Source: Dubosiella newyorkensis (GTDB lineage: Bacteria > Bacillota_I > Bacilli_A > Erysipelotrichales > Erysipelotrichaceae). From it: 32,000 nucleotides of DNA. Each line of letters begins with the position of its first letter. Position 1 is the stretch's first letter. The notes under the pieces are model-generated. The model was not told where the DNA came from. It did not search any database and saw only the letters and a program-made list of their open reading frames with translations. Positions 1 through 9,117 of the stretch are shown here, one piece after another. The position numbers and the translations under genes are program-made. The DNA is taken from positions 90,001 to 122,000 of the forward strand of contig NZ_MPKA01000044.1 in the NCBI RefSeq assembly GCF_001945605.1, in the 5' to 3' direction.

Positions 1-722
1 CCGCTGGTGGCGATGAAGGAAATATTTTCGCGGGCGATCTTTATCGGATGTACGCGAAATACGCGGAAGCGAAAGGCTGGAAAGTGGAAGTCATCGATAC
101 GGAAGAAAGCGAAGCTGGAGGATATTCTCTCATTTCATTCAAAGTCAATGGAGATGGGGCGTATGGCATCTTGAAGTTTGAATCGGGTTCGCATCGAGTG
201 CAGCGCGTGCCGAAGACAGAAAGTCAAGGACGTATTCATACTTCAACAGCGACGGTTCTTTCGATGCCTGAGATCGATGCAGAAGACTTTGATATCGATA
301 TGAACGATCTTGAAATCGAGACGATGCGGGCTTCTGGAGCGGGAGGACAGCACGTCAATAAAACAGACTCGGCCGTCCGCATCATTCATAAGCCGACAGG
401 CATCATCGTCAAATGTCAAGATGGACGCTCTCAGCATGAAAATAGGGCGACGGCGCTCGCGACGATCCGTGCTCGAGTCTATGAAGAGCATCAGCGCAAG
501 ATCGATGAAGAAAACGAGGCGGAACGCCGTACAAAAATCGGCTCTGGAGATCGTGCCGAAAAGATCAGAACCTATAACTATCCGCAAAATCGGGTGACAG
601 ATCATCGAATTGGCTATACAGTCAATCAGCTCGACCGTATCATGGATGGTCGTTTGGATGACTTGATGGCTGCGTTGCAGTTGGCCGATCAACAAGCGAA
701 ATTAGCTGGAGAAAAACAATAA
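1..722 (+). CDS. prfA: Peptide chain release factor 1, 5'-truncated by the window edge
   Basis: The frame is open from the window edge (frame 3 reads [22 protein letters not shown]...). Universal GGQ motif in [28 protein letters not shown]1-type C-terminus. The stop overlaps the prmC start (TAATG). Confidence 0.95.
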   Translation, partial: AGGDEGNIFAGDLYRMYAKYAEAKGWKVEVIDTEESEAGGYSLISFKVNGDGAYGILKFESGSHRVQRVPKTESQGRIHTSTATVLSMPEIDAEDFDIDMNDLEIETMRASGAGGQHVNKTDSAVRIIHKPTGIIVKCQDGRSQHENRATALATIRARVYEEHQRKIDEENEAERRTKIGSGDRAEKIRTYNYPQNRVTDHRIGYTVNQLDRIMDGRLDDLMAALQLADQQAKLAGEKQ

Positions 723-1573
723 TGGTCACGTATCACGATTTGGTCCGTGAAGGAAAAGAAAGGCTGATCCAGGCTGGGCAAGGCGAACAGGCTGCCCAGC
801 TTTTGATGGTTGAGCTTTGTTCCCAGAAAAATATCAATTTATATATGGTGATGGATGAGCCTGCCGATGAAGAGATCGCGACCGATTATTTAGAAGGGAT
901 CCATCAAATGGAGCTTGGTTCGCCATTAGGATATGTGCTTGGCTATGAATGGTTTTATGGCTATCCATTTACAGTGAACAAGGATGTTTTGATTCCTAGA
1001 CCAGAAACGGAAGAATTGGTCGCGCTCGTCCTACAATTATTTGATACGCATTTTGGTGATCGCGATTCTGTAGACGTATTCGATGTGGCGACTGGTTCAG
1101 GAGCGATCGGCATCACGCTTTCGCTCGAAGAACCACGCATGAAAGTCGTCGCTTCGGATATTTCCAAGGAAGCTTTAGAAGTGGCGAAAGAAAACAATGA
1201 AAAACTACATGGGTCGGTCGAATGGATCGAAGGAAGCATGCTCGAACCATTTATCGAGAGAGGAAAGCGGTGTGATATTCTCGTGTGCAATCCGCCCTAT
1301 ATTCCTGTCCACGAAAAAATGGAGCATAGTGTAGTCGATTATGAGCCTCATGTGGCTTTGTTCGGCGGCGAAGATGGTTTGAAATTTTATCGGGACGTGT
1401 TTGAGCATGCAAAGGCGGTATTGAAAGAACATGCGGTGCTCGCCTTTGAAATGGGGTATGATCAAGGCGAACGCTTACGTCGCTTGGCTGCTTCTTATTT
1501 TCCAAATGCCAAGATCGAAATCCATAAAGATCTTTCAGGAAAAGATCGAATGCTTAGTATAGAAATAGAATAG
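722..1573 (+). CDS. prmC: Release-factor glutamine N5-methyltransferase (HemK/PrmC)
   Basis: NPPY catalytic motif (VCNPPYIP), SAM-binding DVATGSGAIG, and the canonical position directly after prfA with a 1-nt overlap. Confidence 0.93.
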   Translation: MVTYHDLVREGKERLIQAGQGEQAAQLLMVELCSQKNINLYMVMDEPADEEIATDYLEGIHQMELGSPLGYVLGYEWFYGYPFTVNKDVLIPRPETEELVALVLQLFDTHFGDRDSVDVFDVATGSGAIGITLSLEEPRMKVVASDISKEALEVAKENNEKLHGSVEWIEGSMLEPFIERGKRCDILVCNPPYIPVHEKMEHSVVDYEPHVALFGGEDGLKFYRDVFEHAKAVLKEHAVLAFEMGYDQGERLRRLAASYFPNAKIEIHKDLSGKDRMLSIEIE

Positions 1574-1583
1574 AAGGTGGAGT

Positions 1584-2453
1584 ATGAAACTGAGCAAGAA
1601 TTCACCGTGCTGGTGCGGTTCGGGAAAAAAATATAAACACTGCCACGAAGAATGGGACAATACGATCAATGTATTAAAACTGCAAGAGCAAAAAGTGCCT
1701 GACCACTCTTTGATCAAGTCAAAAGAAGATTTGAAATGGATCCGCAAAGCGGCAAAGATCAACAATGAAGTTCTTGATCTCGTACAAGAAAAGATCCATG
1801 CAGGCATGTCGACAGGCGAGATCGATCAACTTGTCTATAACTATACGATCGAGCACGGGGCTACGCCCGCCTGTCTAGGGTATGAAGGGTTTCCAAACAG
1901 TTGTTGTACGAGTGTCAACGATGAAGTCTGTCATGGAATTCCGGATTTTAACCGCATCTTGAAGGAGGGCGATATTGTCAATGTCGATTGCACGACGATC
2001 GTTCATGGTCATTATGCGGACGCGAGTCGGATGTTTTGTATCGGAGAAGTGAGCGAAGCGGCCCAAAAACTCGTCGATGTGACAAAGGAGTGCATGGAGG
2101 CAGGGATCGCGGCCATTCGTCCTTGGGGTCATCTTGGAGATATTGGGGCGGCTATTCAAGAGCTGGCGCATAAAAATGGATATAGCGTTGTTGTGGATTA
2201 TGGAGGACATGGCGTAGGAAACGATTTCCATGAAGAGCCCTTCGTTTATCATGTCGGTGTAAAAGGGCAAGGAATGATCTTAGCGCCTGGAATGGTATTT
2301 ACGGTCGAGCCTATGATCAATGAAGGAACATATCGACTTTTTATCGATGCCGACAATGGATGGACAAGTTATACGGAAGATGGAAAGCTTTCGGCTCAAT
2401 GGGAAAATACCGTTCTCGTAACGGAGGATGGCGTCGAAAAACTCGCTTGGTAA
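1584..2453 (+). CDS. map: Type I methionine aminopeptidase with N-terminal SEC-C zinc motif
   Basis: N-terminal SPCWCGSGKKYKHCH (SEC-C-type Cys/His motif). MetAP metal-ligand context (DIVNVDCT, HGHYADAS, YGGHGVG, FTVEPM, QWENTVLVT). RBS AAGGTGGAG upstream. Confidence 0.93.
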   Translation: MKLSKNSPCWCGSGKKYKHCHEEWDNTINVLKLQEQKVPDHSLIKSKEDLKWIRKAAKINNEVLDLVQEKIHAGMSTGEIDQLVYNYTIEHGATPACLGYEGFPNSCCTSVNDEVCHGIPDFNRILKEGDIVNVDCTTIVHGHYADASRMFCIGEVSEAAQKLVDVTKECMEAGIAAIRPWGHLGDIGAAIQELAHKNGYSVVVDYGGHGVGNDFHEEPFVYHVGVKGQGMILAPGMVFTVEPMINEGTYRLFIDADNGWTSYTEDGKLSAQWENTVLVTEDGVEKLAW

Positions 2454-2454
2454 A

Positions 2455-2482
2455 GTGGAAGGATCAACTTCCGCTTTTTTTT
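2455..2482 (+). terminator. Intrinsic terminator after map
   Basis: Stem GTGGAAG (2455-2461) pairs with CTTCCGC (2468-2474), 7 bp including one G-U. The loop is GATCAA and a T8 run follows (2475-2482). Confidence 0.8.
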
Positions 2483-2487
2483 GATTT

Positions 2488-2540
2488 TTGACTTGAGTCT
2501 TCCTTAAGGGGAGAGAGTATGATGAGCTTGCTTAAGCAAG
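2488..2540 (+). promoter_or_regulatory. Candidate promoter/operator region of the MerR-family gene
   Basis: TTGACT at 2488-2493 and TATGAT at 2518-2523, but the 24-nt spacer is too long. 8-bp palindrome CCTTAAGG at 2502-2509. Perfect 14-bp palindrome CTTGCTTAAGCAAG at 2527-2540, immediately 5' of the RBS AGAGG. Confidence 0.3.
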
Positions 2541-2550
2541 AGAGGTAGTT

Positions 2551-3354
2551 ATGATCCCGATCGGAAAATTTTCAAGAATTTGTCAAGTGAGTGTCAAGAC
2601 CTTGCGTTTATATGATCAAATCGGAATTTTGAAGTCAGCTTATATCGATGCGAATAGTTCGTATCGATATTATGAACCAGACCAGCTGGATACGATGATC
2701 TTTATCCAACGATATAAACGATTTGGCTTTTCGCTTGAAGAAATCAAATCAATGCTCGAGGATGTGAATTCAAATCATATTGAGAAGCTGATCGAACGGA
2801 AAACAGCTTTGATCCAGCAAAAAACAGATCTAGAAGTAACGATCAGCGAACTTCGCATCTTGATCGAGTGTATAGAAAGGAAAGAAAATATGATCGAAAA
2901 TATTTTGGGGAACTATGAAATCAATATTGTCGAAAAACAACCGATTTCAATTTATGGATTGCGTCAAGAAATGAGTGTGGCTGATTTTGGAGCCGCTTAT
3001 TCGCGACTGTTCGAAGACTTATATCAAAAAGGAATCAAAGACTTTGGCTTAACGGGCTCCCGGTATTATGATCAAGAATTTGATCGAAATAAAAGCGATG
3101 TGGAAGTGTTCGTCGAAGTGGCGTCTGAAGCAGCCAACGCGAAGATCCAAGAAGGAGTGATGGTCCATACGACCCATAAAGGCGCTTATGCCACACTTCA
3201 AGAAGCGTATGCGGCCATCGTGAAGTGGATGGAACAAAATGGTTACGAAGGTGTAGGAGCGCCTTTTGAATTGTACACAAAATGTGGATTCAATCATTAC
3301 CCAGTCGATGAATGGGAAACCGATATTTATTTTCCGGCCCAAAAGAAAATCTAA
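2551..3354 (+). CDS. MerR-family transcriptional regulator with C-terminal GyrI-like effector-binding domain (BmrR-like architecture)
   Basis: N-terminal MerR helix-turn-helix (IGKFSRICQVSVKTLRLYDQIGIL...YRYY), a coiled-coil linker, and a GyrI-like C-terminal half (HTTHKGAYATLQEAYAAIVKWMEQNGY...FELY). Confidence 0.88.
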   Translation: MIPIGKFSRICQVSVKTLRLYDQIGILKSAYIDANSSYRYYEPDQLDTMIFIQRYKRFGFSLEEIKSMLEDVNSNHIEKLIERKTALIQQKTDLEVTISELRILIECIERKENMIENILGNYEINIVEKQPISIYGLRQEMSVADFGAAYSRLFEDLYQKGIKDFGLTGSRYYDQEFDRNKSDVEVFVEVASEAANAKIQEGVMVHTTHKGAYATLQEAYAAIVKWMEQNGYEGVGAPFELYTKCGFNHYPVDEWETDIYFPAQKKI

Positions 3355-3364
3355 TGTCAAAAAA

Positions 3365-3399
3365 AGAGAACTCAAAACCAAAATTGAGTTCTTTTTTAT
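3365..3399. terminator. Bidirectional intrinsic terminator between the convergent MerR and SDR genes
   Basis: AGAACTCAA (3367-3375) pairs with TTGAGTTCT (3384-3392). The loop is AACCAAAA. An A-run lies upstream and a T-run downstream, so it can act on both strands. Confidence 0.8.
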
Positions 3400-3408
3400 C
3401 AGTAATTT

Positions 3409-4137
3409 CTATTGAACTTGTCCACCATCGACTGGAAGAACAGCGCCAGTGATATAGTTAGCTTCTTCGCTTGCCAAGAATAAGAACGCGTTGGCGATAT
3501 CTTCCGGTTTTCCGATCCGATGCAGCGGGATCATGTTCACTAATGGTTCGATCATTTCCTTTGGAAGATTTTTGACCATATCGGTTTCCGTGATTCCAGG
3601 AGCCACCGCATTCACACGGATATTATATTTACCCAGCTCTCTTGAAAGGGATTTTGTCAAACCATTGATCGCGTATTTGCTCGTAGGATAGGCGACACCG
3701 CTTGGTTGACCAAAGAACGAAACCATCGAGCTTGTATTCAAGATCACTCCATGTTTTTGTTCTTTCATAATATCCAAAACAGCCTTGATACATACGAATG
3801 GGGCTTTGACGTTCAGATCCATGATACGGTCAAAATTTTCGACTGTATATTTATCCAAAGGAGTCGCGTCTGAAACACCAGCATTATTGATCAAGACATC
3901 GACACTGCCATATTTCGCTTTGATCTCTTCAAAATCGGCTTTCATCGCTTCCACTTCCTGCAAGTTCGTCCACCGACCTTCTACAGCCTCTCCTTTTAAA
4001 GCTTCCAGCGCTTTATCCACAGTCTCTTGACGAGAACCGTATAGAAAGACTTGATAGCCTGCGTTCAAAAAGGCTTTGACAGTCGCGAAACCAATGCCGC
4101 GTGTACCGCCCGTTACCACACATACTTTTTTATTCAT
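3409..4137 (-). CDS. Short-chain dehydrogenase/reductase (FabG-like SDR oxidoreductase)
   Basis: TGGTRGIG cofactor motif, NNAG, and the S...YPTSK catalytic triad context. I prefer the start at 4137 (MNKKVCVV) because GGAGG at 4143-4147 sits 5 nt upstream of it; the track start at 4149 has no RBS. Confidence 0.9.
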   Translation of the reverse strand: MNKKVCVVTGGTRGIGFATVKAFLNAGYQVFLYGSRQETVDKALEALKGEAVEGRWTNLQEVEAMKADFEEIKAKYGSVDVLINNAGVSDATPLDKYTVENFDRIMDLNVKAPFVCIKAVLDIMKEQKHGVILNTSSMVSFFGQPSGVAYPTSKYAINGLTKSLSRELGKYNIRVNAVAPGITETDMVKNLPKEMIEPLVNMIPLHRIGKPEDIANAFLFLASEEANYITGAVLPVDGGQVQ

Positions 4138-4183
4138 GATATCCTCCATATGTTTTTATATAGAATTATTATGACATAAAAAA

Positions 4184-6595
4184 ATGCGGATGCAAACGGA
4201 GGTGAAAGACGATATACTAAAGGATATGAAAATTATTTCAGAAAGCGAAAGAAAAAAAGCTCAACAACTCCTTAAACAATTGAGCCTTTCCGAAAAATGT
4301 TCTCTATTGACCGGAAAAGATTATTGGCATATTCAAGGCATTCCTCGCCTTCATCTTCCCGATATGATGGTTAGCGATGGACCAAGCGGATTGCGCAAAC
4401 AAGAAGGCAAAGTCGACTATTTAGGCATGCTCCCAAGCAAACCCACCATCTGCTATCCGTGTCCATCCGCTTGCGCATCGACTTTTGATCCCAATTTGCT
4501 AGAACAATTAGGAATAGCGCTTGGAGAAGAGTGTGTTCATGAAGAGATCGGGATCTTGCTTACTCCAGGCATCAACCATAAGCGCTCCAGTTTAGGAGGC
4601 AGGAATTTCGAGTATTACAGCGAAGACCCCTATGTGACAGAAACGATGGCCGAAGCGCTCATCAATGGCCTGCAATCTACAGGCGTCGGCTGTTCTTTAA
4701 AGCATTTCTGCTGCAACAATCAAGAAACCGCGCGCATGATCAATAATTCGATCGTCGATGATCGAGCGCTCGCTCAAATCTATTTGCGGCCTTTTGAAAA
4801 ACTGATCCAACGCTGCCAGCCAGCCACGATCATGCTCGCCTACAATCAGCTCAATGGAATCTATTGCGCAGAAAATAAAGACTTGATGGATCTAGGCCGC
4901 CAATGGGGCTTTGAAGGATTTTATATAAGCGATTGGGGAGGCGTGAACGATCGATTCTTAAGCATTAAAAATGGACTCTCACTCGAAATGCCAGGCATGA
5001 ATAAGGAACTATGCCATCAAGTCGAAAAAAAGATCCAAGAAGGCGAATGGGAGGAAGACGAACTCGATCAGCGGATCCTTCCGATCCTTGAGATCTTAGT
5101 CCACCATAAAAATATGCAAGCTAAAAAAGAGCAGCCCTATACGATCGAGCGAGAAGCGCTCGCTAAAAAAATCGCTCGAGAATCGATCGTATTGCTCAAA
5201 AATGAAGACAACCTATTGCCTCTATCTTCCCACTCATCGATCGCGTTGATCGGAAACATGGCGAAATATCCACGCTATCAAGGAGCCGGCAGCTCCAATG
5301 TAAACACGGATACGATCGAAAGCCTATGCGACTTTCTTCCATTCGCCTATTATGCCAAAGGCTATGATGAAAACGGGCATACCAACGATGTGTGGCTGCA
5401 AGAGGCTGAACAATTAGCCAAACGAGCCCAAGTGGCGCTTGTCGTCGTTGGACTTCCTCTTTTCTATGAAACAGAAGGATACGATAAAAAAGATCTTTCA
5501 TTGCCAGCAGGAATGAGAAAACTCATAGAACGAGTCTTGGAAGCGAACGAGAATACGATCGTCGTGGTCGAAAGCGGATCGCCCGTTCTTCTCCCCCATT
5601 TAGAAAAGATCAAAGGCCTCGTGTTCGCCTCCTTGTTAGGAAGCTATGGTGGAAGCGCTATCGCCGAGATCTTGATGGGACAAATTTCTCCAAGCGGAAA
5701 ATTAAATGAAACATTTGTTCGCTCGCTTTCGCAAATACCGATCCTTGAGTATCCGCGTTCGCTAAGAAACACCTACTATATCGAAAGCATCTATACAGGC
5801 TATCGCTACTATGACGCCGCCAAGATCGATGTCGCTTTTCCTTTTGGATATGGACTCTCCTATACTTCTTTCTTCTATTCAAATGGCGCAAAAAACGGAA
5901 ATTCGATCACCTTCGATCTCACCAATACAGGAAAGATGGATGGGAAAGAAGTCGTGCAACTTTATGTAAGCTCTTCAGCTCCTTTTTCCGTTCCGAAGCT
6001 TTTGCGTTATAAAAAAATCAGCTTAAAGCCGCAAGAAACGAAACACATCGAACTGTTTTGGGAAAGAGAAGATCTGGAAGAATATTTTGATCCATGGATC
6101 CTACGCGAAGGAGACTATACCTTTTATGTAGGTTCTTCTTCCCGAGATAGACAGCTTTCTTTTCAAGAACATATCGATGGAGCCAATATAGAAGTCCCTA
6201 ATGCTTATCAAAACGCCACCTATGTCAAAGAACTGGATCTTCATGACTTTCATTTTTTGATCGCTTATGAAGAAAAAGAAAACATCCGTCCTAAACGATA
6301 TGGGATGAATACGACGATCCAAGACCTCATCGATACCAATTGGATCTATCGGCTGCTGATTCGCGGAATCATGAAGAAAATGCTCAAAGACGATCAAGAC
6401 ATCTATAAAAACTTGATTGAAGAAATGCCCTTACGGATCTTACGCATGTATGGAGTCTCGCAAACGACGATGGAAGGCCTCTTTGAAATGTTGAATGGAA
6501 AATGGATCCAAGGGTGGAAAAAGATCAACCAAAATGAAATCAAAAAAGTCATACACGATTTGGAGGGATTGCATGAATCAGAAATACAGAAATAA
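4184..6595 (+). CDS. Glycoside hydrolase family 3 beta-glucosidase, cytoplasmic (no signal peptide)
   Basis: GH3 N-terminal domain motifs (SDGPSGLR, KHFCCNNQE), nucleophile context FYISDWGG, and a C-terminal fibronectin-like domain. The start is uncertain (ATG at 4184, 4190 or 4226) and none has a good RBS. Confidence 0.88.
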   Translation: MRMQTEVKDDILKDMKIISESERKKAQQLLKQLSLSEKCSLLTGKDYWHIQGIPRLHLPDMMVSDGPSGLRKQEGKVDYLGMLPSKPTICYPCPSACASTFDPNLLEQLGIALGEECVHEEIGILLTPGINHKRSSLGGRNFEYYSEDPYVTETMAEALINGLQSTGVGCSLKHFCCNNQETARMINNSIVDDRALAQIYLRPFEKLIQRCQPATIMLAYNQLNGIYCAENKDLMDLGRQWGFEGFYISDWGGVNDRFLSIKNGLSLEMPGMNKELCHQVEKKIQEGEWEEDELDQRILPILEILVHHKNMQAKKEQPYTIEREALAKKIARESIVLLKNEDNLLPLSSHSSIALIGNMAKYPRYQGAGSSNVNTDTIESLCDFLPFAYYAKGYDENGHTNDVWLQEAEQLAKRAQVALVVVGLPLFYETEGYDKKDLSLPAGMRKLIERVLEANENTIVVVESGSPVLLPHLEKIKGLVFASLLGSYGGSAIAEILMGQISPSGKLNETFVRSLSQIPILEYPRSLRNTYYIESIYTGYRYYDAAKIDVAFPFGYGLSYTSFFYSNGAKNGNSITFDLTNTGKMDGKEVVQLYVSSSAPFSVPKLLRYKKISLKPQETKHIELFWEREDLEEYFDPWILREGDYTFYVGSSSRDRQLSFQEHIDGANIEVPNAYQNATYVKELDLHDFHFLIAYEEKENIRPKRYGMNTTIQDLIDTNWIYRLLIRGIMKKMLKDDQDIYKNLIEEMPLRILRMYGVSQTTMEGLFEMLNGKWIQGWKKINQNEIKKVIHDLEGLHESEIQK

Positions 6596-7388
6596 ACTCA
6601 AACAGAAAAAAAGAATAGTCGTAAAGATCGGTTCTTCATCTTTGGCGCATCCAGAAACCGGTCATCTCGACTTGAATAAAATCGAAGTGCTCGTTCGTGA
6701 ATTGAGCGATCTTGTCAATCAAAATAAAGAAGTCGTGCTCGTTTCGAGCGGAGCGATCATGGTCGGATCGAAAACACTAGGCTTTTCAAAAAAGCCACAA
6801 GAACTCGCCCTTAAACAAGCTTGCGCGAGTATCGGACAGGCACGCTTGATGATGATCTATCAAAAATTATTTTCCGAATATAATCAGATAGCGTCGCAAA
6901 TCTTGATGACCAACTTTACGATCCAAAATCCAAACTCAAAGAAAAATGCCCGCAATACGCTCAACGCGCTCCTTTCTTTAGGTGTGATCCCGATCGTCAA
7001 CGAAAACGATACTGTCGCTACCGAAGAAATCGAGGTAGGAGACAACGATACTCTTTCTGCCATGGTGGCCTCTTTGATCGACGCCGAACTATTGATCTTG
7101 CTTTCCGATATTGATGGATTATTCACGGATGATCCGCATCAAAATAAAGAAGCCAAACTCATTGAATTTGTCGATTCGATCGACTCGGAAGTATTGAGCA
7201 TGGCCAAAGAAAGCACGGGATCGAATGTGGGCACAGGTGGAATGGCGACCAAACTATGCGCGGCTAGGATCTGTATGGAAAAAGGCTGCGATATGCTTAT
7301 CGCCAATGGCTGTGATTTCCATATCCTTCATGACTTGATGGAAGGAAAAAACGCAGGCACTCTATTTACAAAAGGAGAAGAACAATGA
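6573..7388 (+). CDS. proB: Glutamate 5-kinase, short form without PUA domain
   Basis: VVKIGSSSL, VSSGAI and GDNDTLSA motifs. ATG at 6573 is preceded by GGAGGG (6562-6567). The track start at 6495 lies inside the GH3 gene and is rejected. The gene overlaps the GH3 3' end by 23 nt. Confidence 0.92.
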   Translation: MNQKYRNKLKQKKRIVVKIGSSSLAHPETGHLDLNKIEVLVRELSDLVNQNKEVVLVSSGAIMVGSKTLGFSKKPQELALKQACASIGQARLMMIYQKLFSEYNQIASQILMTNFTIQNPNSKKNARNTLNALLSLGVIPIVNENDTVATEEIEVGDNDTLSAMVASLIDAELLILLSDIDGLFTDDPHQNKEAKLIEFVDSIDSEVLSMAKESTGSNVGTGGMATKLCAARICMEKGCDMLIANGCDFHILHDLMEGKNAGTLFTKGEEQ

Positions 7389-8632
7389 CATACATAGAAA
7401 CGTTAGGAATCAAAGCGCAGCAAGCCAAGAAAGGAATGATGAAGCTAGGCACTCAACAAAAAAACGATGCTCTTCTTGCCGTCGCTCAAGGACTCATCCA
7501 AGATACAGACGCGATTTTAGAAGCGAACACGATCGATATGGCACGCGGCATTGAAAACGGCATGGATCCAGGACTCTTGGATCGATTGAAACTCGATGCC
7601 TCTAGGATCGAAGGAATCGCCCAAGGTCTTGAACAGATCGCCAGCTTGCCCGATCCGATCGGCGAGATCTTACGCATGCAGAAGCGACCTAATGGATTGA
7701 TGATCGGTCAGAAAAGAGTACCGATCGGAGTCATTGGAATCATCTTTGAAGCGCGTCCGAATGTGAGCGCGGACGCGTTCGGACTTTGTTTCAAAACAAA
7801 CAATGTAGTCATTTTAAAAGGCGGAAAGGACGCGATCCATTCGATCCAAGCTCTATGCGCTTCGATCCGCCACACACTAGAGGTTCAAGGAATCGATCCG
7901 GACTGTTTGCTTTTGGTCGAAGAGACGTCTCGAGAAGCGACGGTCGAATTGATGAAACAGCATCAATATATCGATGTATTGATCCCAAGAGGTGGGGCTG
8001 GATTGATCCAAAGCGTCGTGATGAACGCCACGATCCCCGTCATTGAAACGGGAACAGGTAACTGTCATATTTTTGTGGATGAGACAGCCGACCTCGAAAA
8101 GGCGATCGAGATCATCTTGAATGCGAAAACTCAGCGCGTAGGGGTATGCAACGCGGCAGAATCGTTAGTGATCCACGAAGAGATCGCCCCAAAACTTCTT
8201 CCAAAACTCACGCAAGCACTTATTGAAAAAGAAGTCGAGATCGTTGGCGACAAGAAAGCCCGAGCTTGTTCGAGCTCGATTCAGGAAGCGGAGCCATCGG
8301 ATTGGGGAAAAGAGTATTTGGCGTTGAAAATCTCGATCAAAGTCGTTTCCGATATCGACGAAGCGATCGAACATATCAATCGATATAATACAGGACATTC
8401 GGAAGCGATCTTGACCAAAGACTATGATCATGCTAAGCAGTTTTTAGAGGAAGTGGACGCAGCTTGCGTTTATGTGAACGCCTCGACTCGTTTTACGGAT
8501 GGATTTGAATTTGGCTTCGGGGCCGAAATAGGGATCAGCACCCAAAAACTACATGCGCGAGGACCAATGGGATTGCTGGCTTTAACGAGCACAAAATACA
8601 TCATTTTAGGGGATGGACAAGTTAGAAAATAG
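7385..8632 (+). CDS. proA: Gamma-glutamyl phosphate reductase
   Basis: Full-length ProA-like translation (NASTRFTDGFEFGFGAEIGISTQKLHARGPMG; catalytic Cys context GVCNAAESL). ATGA overlap with proB. Confidence 0.95.
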   Translation: MTYIETLGIKAQQAKKGMMKLGTQQKNDALLAVAQGLIQDTDAILEANTIDMARGIENGMDPGLLDRLKLDASRIEGIAQGLEQIASLPDPIGEILRMQKRPNGLMIGQKRVPIGVIGIIFEARPNVSADAFGLCFKTNNVVILKGGKDAIHSIQALCASIRHTLEVQGIDPDCLLLVEETSREATVELMKQHQYIDVLIPRGGAGLIQSVVMNATIPVIETGTGNCHIFVDETADLEKAIEIILNAKTQRVGVCNAAESLVIHEEIAPKLLPKLTQALIEKEVEIVGDKKARACSSSIQEAEPSDWGKEYLALKISIKVVSDIDEAIEHINRYNTGHSEAILTKDYDHAKQFLEEVDAACVYVNASTRFTDGFEFGFGAEIGISTQKLHARGPMGLLALTSTKYIILGDGQVRK

Positions 8633-8668
8633 GCGAAGCGCTTACATTCGACGTTGATTTGCATAAAT

Positions 8669-8697
8669 TTGCCAAACGCTTAAAAAGTATGTATGAT
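8669..8697 (+). promoter_or_regulatory. Sigma-A-type promoter for the 98-aa orphan gene
   Basis: TTGCCA (8669-8674), an exact 17-nt spacer, then TATGAT (8692-8697). It is followed by a strong RBS, AAAGGGAGGA, before the ATG at 8721. Confidence 0.5.
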
Positions 8698-8720
8698 AGT
8701 CCGGAAAGGGAGGACACAAC

Positions 8721-9017
8721 ATGGAAAAGTGGACACAAGAACAATATGCCCAACAGATCCAAGCCTTAAAGCAGGAGGCCCACGATAAGATGTGGTTGTA
8801 TATCGAATTGAACGCAAAAGATTTTATGAATGAATGTGAGCCAGGCGTTAAAAATTTGAATAGCTGCTGTAAAGCGATGGTCAACGCGATGTTGGAAGGC
8901 GACACATATATTGTCGAGCCTAAGATCCGCACGAAAGTTGCGGGAGCACTTACAATTCGTTATTATGTCGATAATTTGAGCCCAGAGCGCAGAACGTACA
9001 AAGAAGCGAACCAATAA
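8721..9017 (+). CDS. Hypothetical 98-aa cytoplasmic protein, no family recognised
   Basis: It has its own promoter, a strong RBS and a T-run terminator. There is no TM segment or signal peptide. It contains a CC pair (NSCCKAMVNAM). I cannot assign a family. Confidence 0.7.
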   Translation: MEKWTQEQYAQQIQALKQEAHDKMWLYIELNAKDFMNECEPGVKNLNSCCKAMVNAMLEGDTYIVEPKIRTKVAGALTIRYYVDNLSPERRTYKEANQ

Positions 9018-9028
9018 AATAAGAAAGA

Positions 9029-9066
9029 GCACACAACTGGATGATGAGGATGTGTGTTTTTTTTGC
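9029..9066 (+). terminator. Probable intrinsic terminator after the 98-aa gene
   Basis: CACACA (9030-9035) pairs with TGTGTG (9051-9056), followed by T8 (9057-9064). The stem is short and the loop long. Confidence 0.4.
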
Positions 9067-9095
9067 TCAAAAATGAAAAAACAAGCAAGCTGCCG

Positions 9096-9101
9096 TATAA
9101 T
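9096..9101 (+). promoter_or_regulatory. Candidate -10 box for the MscS gene
   Basis: Perfect TATAAT at 9096-9101, downstream of the terminator and 17 nt upstream of the ATG at 9118. The -35 is poor. Confidence 0.3.
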
Positions 9102-9117
9102 GAAAATGGGTGATAGA

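Noticed and set aside
4013-4021. Perfect DnaA-box consensus TTATCCACA.
   Set aside because: It is a single copy inside the SDR coding sequence with no neighbouring boxes or AT-rich unwinding element. One 9-mer hit in 64 kb of two-strand sequence is within chance expectation.
6495-6572. Upstream extensions of ORF-track starts: proB at 6495, the MscS gene at 9052, ispE at 22491, the MreB-like gene at 23549, tilS at 26096 and the SDR gene at 4149.
   Set aside because: The extensions overlap upstream genes, terminators or the gene's own RBS, and they add non-homologous residues. Internal starts preceded by Shine-Dalgarno sequences fit the family N-termini better.
8636-8643. Palindrome AAGCGCTT just after the proA stop, considered as a terminator.
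   Set aside because: An 8-bp palindrome leaves no loop, and no U-tract follows. It is not a credible intrinsic terminator.
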